The notes beneath the pieces are model-generated. The model was not told where the DNA came from and ran no database searches. It saw only the letters and a program-made list of their open reading frames with translations. A stretch of DNA of 55,823 nt, filler included, from Basidioascus undulatus (Eukaryota): assembly GCA_000826855.1 (NCBI GenBank). It is 4 parts of 4 records of this genome, joined end to end, with 100 filler letters (N's around TTAATTAATTAA, not from the genome) between each part and the next. Parts side by side here need not be neighbours in the genome. Positions count along the whole stretch, not along the records: positions 41,949 to 55,823 come from JTLS01000777.1; 3 more parts are not named here. One strand, 5' to 3'. A program made the translations under genes and the position numbers. Below, piece after piece: positions 46,801-55,823 of the stretch (position 1 is its first letter; the number at the start of each line of letters is the position of its first letter).

Positions 46801-49800
46801 CAGGCCCAGCGAATGCAAGTGCATTGAAAAAGCCCAGAAGCACCCGCGCCCCGTTGTTTGTATCTTTTTTTCCGGCAGACATTATGTGCTGCGTCTTGGG
46901 GTGATCTTTCAAGATACATCCTCGGTATACAAGTCCTGCATGTTTCCAATTCCCCACTCCCGACGCTCAGGCTGATGCACTGCGGATCCCATTAATGTCA
47001 CGGTGGTGCACTCGGCCGGTACAGCGCGCGCCACATTGCCATATTTCTGGAGCATAGACAAAAGGATCAGTAGCTACGACAGCAGAGCAGGTGTAGCCGC
47101 GAGCGCGCAGGGAGGGCAGAAAGGCCCGTGGTCGACAGCCTTGAATTCCGCAATTGCAACGCTTTGTGAAATGGCTCCGCCGTCTCCTCATGGCGACGAG
47201 CAGGTGCGGAGCAGAGTGAACGACGTGAACGTGATGTCTCTTTGTCGTTGTCCCCCCTGAGTCGCTCGCAACGGTGTGAAATTGCTGTAGCGACTTGCAG
47301 CGGCACACACGGCGCGACCAACCTTCTTCCGGTTCTTCTGTCGGGACCTGCGGGGTTCCGCGGGGATCCGGTCGATTCCCTACACTTTGAATGAAAGGAA
47401 ATGAATTCATAAGCAGTCATCAATGAGGATACTGATGTTTGATAAAGCCTAAGACGGACAGAAGCCTTGGTAAGGGGACCATATGTGTTAAACTTGCCAG
47501 TGACACGATCTTCACCAGCCATGAGCCGGGGCCCACTGCCAACCTGTTAGAAGTCCTTCATTAAGCCCAACATTGGCCAACAAGCATGATGTTCCTTCGG
47601 AACGAAGATCTTTCTGGGGGCCATAAGGTACAGAAAATGGGCATGAGTCTCACGAGCCCTTTCTTCAGCCCCTACACGACGTCTGCGTGTGAACCTCAGC
47701 CCCTGTATGCAGGTTCTGAGGCTGCTTGGGTGCTCATCCGGTGCCAACCCAAGAAACAAATTTGAACTGTTTCATACAGCTCCCAGCGTAACAGGAGGCA
47801 GTACAGCTCCCGATTACTGGTACCTGCTCCAGCTCCGCATGAGACTGTGAGCCCTCAGCTTGGTGTTCGTCAAGCTGCCGCTTCCAGACCGGAAACGATG
47901 ATGCAGATCGCCAGAGACATCTCTAATGCTGGCAAGCCCAGGTATGGCTTTCCCTGACTGTGTGAGTAAAGGTTCATGATGCGTTAACTCGGCATTCATG
48001 GTGGTGCCGGCGCCGTTTCAATAGGGCGAGATCCATTAAAGGCACATGCGCACCGTTCATGTTGAATAGCAATCCATGTAATGAAGTCGAACAATGTGCC
48101 TGTTTCGTGGGGGATCGAAATCGGCGGTTCTTCAACTGGTTGCCTGTCAGTATGAAAACTCAGCTGAGTGACTGACGGGATCCGCTCCCAGACCGTATGA
48201 TTTGCGCGACTGCATGGCCTTTGTGTGATGCGTTACATAACCCAAAAAAGATAAAACTGAATGCTACTCTTGAAAGCTGCATATATCCAGGGTTCTGGCA
48301 TGGGCCATTGCCATATCCATTGCCATGACCATGGAAGTGATATTCAGTTTGGACCGCATCGAAACTTGCAGCTGTTCGACCGTCGGCTGCCTGAGTGAAT
48401 TATTTCGCTCAGGGCATCACGGCTTCAATCAATCAACTTCAACACTCGAAGACCTGATTCAAAGATCCCGGAAACTGGTGTTCGATACTTACCGCAGTCA
48501 ACAGTCAAAGTGAGTTCGAAGGCACGGTCAACAGTCGAAAATGAGTTCGAAGGCCTCGCGGAGGAGTTCCTGCATTGCTTCACTACGGAACAATCTTTCG
48601 GTCACTTCTGGAGTCATCTTGGACTGCGCTGTCCTAATTATTGCGCACGTTTCTGGTGGTCCTCATGTCTGGCAACGACCGATCAACGACGGAAGACTTT
48701 ATCGAGGTGGAGATACTTTATCCAGTCCCGGGGGGACCGGCCCGGCCAGCGGCCGCCACCGCTTGCACTGTACATCAACATCCTCGATCTCCGTCTGGGT
48801 GGCTCATCAGAGGGGGCGCTGGGATCTCCTTTTATTCTCCTGAAGTAATATACACAATGAGGACCACATCGGTGGAGCATGAAGGTGAAGGAGACTAAAC
48901 ACAGTGCAGCATGTGCTCGATCTGGGCATACTGCAGGATGCCCGCGGTGGGACGAAGGGGACCATGGCTTCAGACTCCACAGTCCAAGGCACGCCGTCCT
49001 AGGGGGAAAACAGCTTTTCGATGTAGTGTAAGCATGGTCTACGGCCTGGTCGAAGTTTCGAAGTCCATGAAGTACCCGTTTGCCGTAAGCTCTGACCGCT
49101 GTCCTGATGCACGATTGGAAACCCCCCAACCACAGACGGACAATTGCCAGGGCATAGTGGACCTTTTGGTCACCTGACCATATGTCATTTCGTTTGACTA
49201 ACACTGTGGAATTACATCATCTCTGTTGAGTCTACCATGTGGAACACCAAGCCGACATTCACATGGGACGTCGGGACAACTGCATGAAAGAGCCGCGGCA
49301 GGTCACACTACCTTCCTGACGTACGCATCTCGACGGGTGCAATTGTCTTCCGAAATTGAAAGAGAAATTAAAGGCCTTGGTTTCAGATTTTTTCCAGATC
49401 TCATCGGAACAACACGTTCTGGCTGTCGCACGTGTCTGGCAAAGTCAGTATTACTATTGAAGGTTTGCCTGTGCCTCTTCGTAGATGATGCTCAGGCGCT
49501 CATGCACAAGTTACCCTTACCCATGCCCCCTCTTCGGAAGCAATCTATTTATGTTTAAGGAATTTGGATGCCCAGAAGGCTGGTAAAGCTATTAGTTTCA
49601 GAAGCGCTGCCGACAATGCATCCGGATTGCTCGGTAGTATCTCTGTCGCATGTTTTTAGCTTCCGGAATCATGATTCATCGAAGTAGCTCAATTAAACCT
49701 GAGATGCCAATCGTTTTACGAAGCGATCGCCTTCCTGTGAAGTACACTGAAGGCCCCTTGCCGGGCTAAGATGGAGCGGAGCCCGCTTTGGACAACAAGT

Positions 49801-50775
49801 TTGAAAGGTCCGACATTGACTTCTTTATTCTCCCTAAAGATATGGCATGGGCTTCAGGACATGACGTACCAGGCACAAGTAAACTGCTTAATTTGAGGTA
49901 TATTTTCAGTGTAAGCACTACACACCGCATGTCCGACGTTACTGTGATGAGGGTACAGTGGTCTGTGGAGCACATTATGTATATCAGTCTGAAAATCAAC
50001 GTCTCTGTAAAGAAACTCGCCATGCCCGTTCCCGCCTTTACCATGGGACCTCGAACGGGCATGAGAGTAATGTTTGAACAGCCGCAATGAAGCTCCGGCA
50101 GATTGTACTTCTACTACATACATGTACCGCTCAAGATGTGCTTTAATTCCTCACAGAAAGGCAATAAGACACAACAGAGTTTCTTCGCCGTAACCCATCA
50201 GGGCAACATGTTCCGGCTGTCGCACATGATTTGCTTGTACAGGCTCAGATGACGCTTGGTGGTCATACTCATCAGGTCCTGGCTTCTCCAACGATTTGGG
50301 TCCCAGACTCGTCTGCTGAAGTTGAATCTTCCGGAAGCGCAGCCGATGGCGCTTCAGGCCGCATCCCTGCTTTGAATTGTAGAAATATCTCAGCTTATAG
50401 AAGCATTAAAAATAAATGACCGAGTATGTATCGCGAAGGCAATGGGTCTGTACGCCCTGTGAAATTCATCCAAGGACTCTTCCAAGCTGACAATCAACGA
50501 ACTGTAATGCCATCGTTACGACCCGTCTGACGCGTCTGACCAGTCCGAACTTTCTCATAGAAGATACTATGATGTTTCATAAACCAATAAAACCATCTGT
50601 AAGACAGTATAACAAAGTTCCTATAGGCTCTGCTGCTCGGGCGGGCAGCTGTCGTATTGATTCGTCATGCTCTCGCTTGGGGCACCTTCTCTGTCTCTCG
50701 ACCCTCTAGCCCTCAACACACCATTTCTTGACCTTGATTGAGCCGCTCACTTTCCTGGCGACCATATCATTCGAT

Positions 50776-51328
50776 ATGCCGGACCTCGATCAAGTAGCGC
50801 GCCTGTCGGCGCCGATCACAGCGGGGCTTTACACGGGCTTTTCGCTGTCGTACAACTGTATTTTCTGGAAAAGCTTGGACCGGATCCGCTCTGTATGTCC
50901 CCATCACTTTCCACTTCCCCTTCATCTTCATCTAACGAAACCACATCCCCGGGCAGATCTCGAGCCACACACGCCTCACCCTGCACCTCGCGTCTCTCCA
51001 AGTGACGCGCACGCTCGGCCCCGCACTTTCCGTGCTCTCCCTCGCGTCCACCGCCGCGTTGGCGTACCTCCGCCCGCGCAACAGGCCGCATGCCCTAGCG
51101 GCCGCGCTGGTGGCGGTGTCGATGGGGATCTGTGTTGGGCCCATGCGGCGCGTGGAGGAGCAGATTGCGGATTGGCATCGGGTCACGGAGCATGGGGAGG
51201 CGCGGGAGGGACGCGTGGAGGACGCCGAGTGGCTGCTTGGAAAGTGGAGGGCGTGGGAGAGGTGCAAGGCACTCTTGGTTGGGGTGGGATGGGTCGTGAG
51301 CACTGCGGAGCTGGTGAATGTTTTGTAG
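50776..51328 (+). CDS. Small membrane protein, divergent DUF1772/anthrone-oxygenase-like paralog
   Basis: ATG 50776, GT-AG intron 50893-50956 restores frame; four hydrophobic segments and LLGKW motif; aligns with downstream paralog (ARLSAPITAGLYTGFSLSYN vs ARVLGPSTAALAAGLGVSFN). Confidence 0.65.
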
Positions 51329-51741
51329 GGCTTTGGCGAAGCTGCGTTCTTGGCCTGGAGGTGCTCAAGCTTTCCCCATGGAGATCCCACTCATAAGTCT
51401 GATTGGGGGAGGTTATTGTTTAATAAATAAATAAAAGTACGCCGTGGGGAGTGACTGAAAAAGACAGGGTTTTTCTGAAGCTTTCGCGCGAGCGCCTCCC
51501 TCGCCAGTCGTCGCCGCGTGGTTGGCAATGCCAGACAAAGCCTTGAAAAGCCGGTCAAGAATTTCCTTATTCGGGAAAAGTCCCCTGCTTAATAATAAAG
51601 ATTAGTTACTCGGTCCACGCCTGTGACGCACCTGTGAGCGTGCACCGCGAGTCGTCTACGGTCTGCTTCCGCTGCTTGCTGTCGTCCTCACACTGTACAT
51701 TACTCGGTCTCTAGCACCCCGACGTCCTCTCACAAACCGGC

Positions 51742-52414
51742 ATGACTACCTCCACCATCACCGTCCAAAGCGGTGCAAGGAGCACCGTTGAGAAATGGGC
51801 GCGAGTTCTGGGGCCGAGCACAGCGGCGCTCGCGGCAGGTGAGTGGACTGAATCGACCTCCTGAGGCCACGACGCTTGATTGAGGGTACTAATTCAGGAG
51901 GAGATGAAGGCCTCGGGGTGTCGTTCAACATGGTCCTCTTGCCGGCTTTGAGGTCTCAAGTGAACGTGAGTCCCAGTTTCTGGCAGGCGCGGACGCAGAC
52001 CTTCATGCTGTGTCGCAGCTTCCAACCGCCCACCGCCTCGCGCTCCTTCGAGCAGCCTACACCCTAGCCGTCCAGCCTCTCGCATCCCTCTCCGGGCTCT
52101 CCACCCTCTCATATCTTCTCGCCGCTTTCCTCTCGCCCCCCTCAAAGCGGGGCAAGTACTTCCTCGCTGCCGCGCTGGTCGCGTCCGTCTTCCCCGTGTC
52201 CTACGGCCTGCAGTTGCCCACGAACAAGCGTATCGGCGCCCGGGAGGAGCAGCTCGCAAAGGGAAAGGGGATTATGGAGGGTGGAGAGCAGAGGAAGGTG
52301 GATGCTGAGGGGGAGAGGCTGCTCGAGCGGTGGACGGGAACGCACGCCCTCAGGGTCGCACTGATTCTGGCTGGGATGGTGCTTGGTCTAGGAGATGCTA
52401 CGGGGGCAGTGTAG
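51742..52414 (+). CDS. DUF1772/anthrone-oxygenase-like membrane protein
   Basis: Two introns; four hydrophobic segments; family-type motifs FPVSYGLQLPTNKRI and LLERWTGTHALRVAL; stop TAG 52412-52414. Confidence 0.75.
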
Positions 52415-53827
52415 AAAGCTTTACCGTGATGTTATTCCTATTGTGGCACTGCATTGGCGATATGGGTGCTTTCCTCGACCGCCGTGCAGGAGTTCACCTT
52501 CTAGCGGATGAGCCCTTTTTCAACCCATTGAACAGAGATAGGCTCGTGGTACATATTACTATAGAATTCGAAAGGTTTATAAGTCAAAGGATGTACTGCT
52601 TCAAAGGATGAAAGGAGTGCGTGGGTTGAAGCGCCAAGTGCGGAGCAGATCACTGGAGCCTCCGACCATCTGGTCGCGGTGGAAATGGGAGCGATTTGAG
52701 AAGATGCAAATAATCGACGTCTCAGTATACTGCCTTCTGCAAAGAAATGGAACGCTCGTGCGCAAGAGCAAAAGAAAAAAAAAAATCCGATTTCCCTGAG
52801 GAACGAAGATTACAGATTACAGATGTATTAACCCACTTCGCCCGAGTACAAAGCTCGGCTAAGGTCTGCATGGCGGCAAGGATCCCGTCGGCTGTTAGCA
52901 GCGCAATATCGCCGAATCCCCCTTTCAACACTGTCCGCCCTCCCACCCCAGTCCCCAAGAGGGAATCCGGTTTCGCTATCTTTCTGTGACGCTAGCGACC
53001 GTAACTTTCTGAATAAGCAAACCTTCCGTGGCTTGTCCGCGGCTGTGGAGAGCTTTGCCCGCGCTTGCCTGCATCCAAACCGCATCGATCGACATCCGAT
53101 CCACCTCAGCATTACAGTCATCAATCATTCTTTCAGAATATATACTTAAACAGTTATTGAAATATGCTTGTAGCATTGTCTCATCAAAGCGTTTGATTAT
53201 GGTGCTGCTAGACCGGCATGGAACGGGTGTTGGTTCACTGCAGCTTGTTATTTACGGCCTGTATGTCTGTCAATTGTTACCATGGCCAAACTTTCTCCTT
53301 TCATTGTTCTTCTATATAAATACTAGAAAGAGCTCAGAAGCCACCAGGAAGGCTAAGCCTTTTCTTTTCCTGCATGGAGTCAGGTTAGCCGGCTTCGACT
53401 GTTGATGAGGAGCGTGGCACTCCTTGGCTGCCTCCATTTTCAAGCAAACACAAATCTGAGAAGTCTTGATAATTAAACGCAGTCTTTCCAGGTTCCATGC
53501 CCAGGCAGCATACTAGCTACAGAAGAACAAGTACCAAGCTGAGCCTGAAGGCAGGGCAGGGCAGTCCAGAGCTGTTCACTTTCTTCAAACACCCACAGAG
53601 CTGGATGCCGAGCTATGCCAACCTGTAGCATGGCTTGCAGGCGGGAATCGGTCCTGCCGCGCTTGCGTCGGCCTCTTACTTCAACAAGTGCGAAATAGAA
53701 AATGGGAAATCGACTGCGTCTTTCGCAGGATAATCTTTGTAAGCGACCCGGGAAGACGCAGCTGCGAAGCCGCCTGCCTTCTCTCTTGCCGCCATTCTAG
53801 TCCTCATCGCCGCTGACATCGCCCGCC

Positions 53828-55807
53828 ATGTTTACGGCGCGGTCTCGATCGATCCTCCCCTCGGCGCCTAGATGCTCGCCTTCACAGGCCTCCAGGTCTC
53901 TCGCCTTCGCCGGCTATCATTCTGGGCGAGGACGGCAGGGCAAGGACAAGGAGAGCGAGCGCGTGGGCGGAACCCAGCCTCGTCCCGGTCGCCGTGGCGT
54001 CTTGTACGGCGAGGAGAACCAGCGACAGATTCCCAAGCATCAACAAATCTCGGACGAGGAGCGAGAAGTCATCCGGCTGCGGCGTGTCGCCAAGTCGGAG
54101 CGAGACGAGCGCATCGACATCACGATGGCGCTCACGCCCGTCAAGGACTACATGGGCGGCTTCACCGTTCCGCGTCCGTTCAGGAGCTACAACCGCCAGA
54201 AGGGTGGGCCGTACGAGTTCAAGGCGCCGTACGAGCCGCCCGACCCGCAGGCGTACCGCCGCTACGAGATGTGGCTCGGCGAGACGCGGTACGACATCCG
54301 CAAAGGCCTCGGGCGCGCGACGTGCCAGGAGTTCGTCTACGGCTACGGCGGGGAGGGTGCGACCGTGTGGCAGCTCGAGAGCAGGAACGACATCTCGACC
54401 GAGGGTCGCGAGGCGTCGGGCAGCGGCGAGGTGTGGGAGCACTGGCAGAACGCGGTGGTGAATGGGGAGAAGTGGCCTTCGAAGGAGTGGGTGCGGGAGC
54501 AGGAGGCGATTTTGCGGAAGGAGATGGATGGGAAGGCGGAAGCAGCCGCGGCGCTGACCGGCGAAGCTCTCGTTTCTCAAGCACCCACACCCGCGCCGCC
54601 CTCATCCCCTCCCCCGTCACCGCCCTCATCCCCTTCCCCATCACCGCCGCCTCCCTCAGCCCTAGCCGCGGACGCCACACCTTCTCCCGATATCTCCTGG
54701 GTCGGCATCCCTGCATCCAGCAGTTCTTCAGTGCGTCGATGCTTCTCTTACTGTTGACCGGCCGATTTCTAAGCTGATCTTCCTTCCTTCAGTCCTCCAC
54801 TGCCACGCCTACTTCTTCTCCTGCACCCTCTCCTTCCACCGCCGAGGCTCCTTCCACAGCCGAGGTAAGCCCATTCAGTCCACTCCCGCCTACCGTTCTG
54901 TGTCCTTAATTCTCGCTTCTGTTCGCAGTCATCATCTGCATCGCCCTCTTCTTCAGCCGTCCCGTCCGAGCTCTCATCCACCGAACCTCCGGCTTCTCCG
55001 TCGTCGCTTCACAACTCTTCCCCTGCCGACTCTATCAAGGCACCCGAGCCTTCTCCACCCTCCGCAGATGCCTCCACATCCGTCTCCTCCACCATCGCCT
55101 TCGAGCAACCTCCCGTCTCTCCCGCGTCCCCCGCCGGCAGCACTGAAGCCTCCCCGCCACAACCACCTAAACTTGCACTCCCTCCTATTCCCGCTCCCCC
55201 GAACCGGCCCCCGCCTCCCAAATCCGAGCCCTTCATCCTCCCGCTCGTCCGCGTCTCCCTCGCGACGCGCCCGCTCCTGCGCAGTCTCTTCCGCCTCCAG
55301 AAGTCGCTGCCCACCGGCATGGCCTACTACGCGGCGATCCCGCCCGCGGACCGGAAAGACGGGCGCTCGTTCCACCGCCGGATGCGCCGGATGCGGCTCG
55401 ACCGCATCCGGCGCCTCGTCTTTAACATCTCAGAGCGGCTGCACGGGCGGTACGGCGGCTTTCTGGGCATCCGGTTCAGCGCGGCGGACCTGGGCAGGGG
55501 CGTGCACGGCGAGCGGCTGGACGAGGAATTGACGGAGGAGCAGAAGAGGATCATCGTTTGGTTTAGGAGGGGGGTCGTGAGGGAGGATGAGCTCGACGAG
55601 TACTGGAGGACCATCCCCGGCGTGGAGGTCAGGGAGATGGACGACTTCGGGAGGGAGATCGCCCTGGACGGGACGGTCACTGAGTCGGGATGGGCGAGAG
55701 AACGGCCGCAGAGGGAGGAGAAGGAAGAGGAGGAGGAGGAGGGTGAGGGTGAGGGTGAGGATAACGGAGAGGAGCGCCGGGAGCACGCGCCGGCTGGGCG
55801 GAGATGA
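53828..55807 (+). CDS. Hypothetical protein, possibly mitochondrially targeted
   Basis: Three exons joined in frame (introns ~54731-54792 GTGCGT..CAG and ~54865-54928 GTAAGC..CAG); Arg/Ser-rich acid-free N-terminus; Ser/Pro-rich linker; basic C-terminal domain; acidic tail; strong GC3 bias. Confidence 0.75.
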
Positions 55808-55823
55808 ACTGCATCGTGGCGCA

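Noticed and set aside
53393..53465. Box C/D snoRNA (TGATGA 53403 ... CTGA 53456 with short terminal stem)
   Set aside because: Short, no clear D'/C' boxes and no rRNA-complementary guide that I could recognise; would need a snoScan/Infernal hit.
52450..53700. AT-rich patch as a gene or RIP-mutated element
   Set aside because: No recognisable coding or TE signature; cannot be supported without a repeat search.

Overview
Eukaryotic (fungal, basidiomycete-like; GTGCG/GTGAG donors, CTGAC branch sites, short dense introns, consistent with a Pucciniomycotina-type yeast, inference only) genomic DNA. The window is NOT one locus: it is four unrelated contigs of 13,887, 13,884, 13,877 and 13,875 bp joined by artificial 100-bp spacers (N44-TTAATTAATTAA-N44). 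Contig 1: ILV2 (5'-truncated, with natural Ala at the sulfonylurea-binding Pro), a very intron-dense KRE6/SKN1 gene, and a divergent FTR1/FET3 iron-uptake pair sharing a promoter with ATCTGATAA GATA-repressor sites. Contig 2: PEX5 (3'-truncated), MTC5/WDR59, a homeobox gene with a WMQNRR helix 3, and GTPBP1 (5'-truncated). Contig 3: a divergent pair of a binuclear amidohydrolase and an FAH-family/alpha-beta-hydrolase fusion followed by a soluble cytochrome b5 (best candidate for an uncharacterised catabolic mini-cluster), and a dead Ty3/gypsy element. Contig 4: a Gti1/Pac2 (WOPR) transcription factor with a long upstream non-genic region, two tandem DUF1772-like paralogs and an uncharacterised protein. 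Gene models were spliced by hand; no database searches were run.
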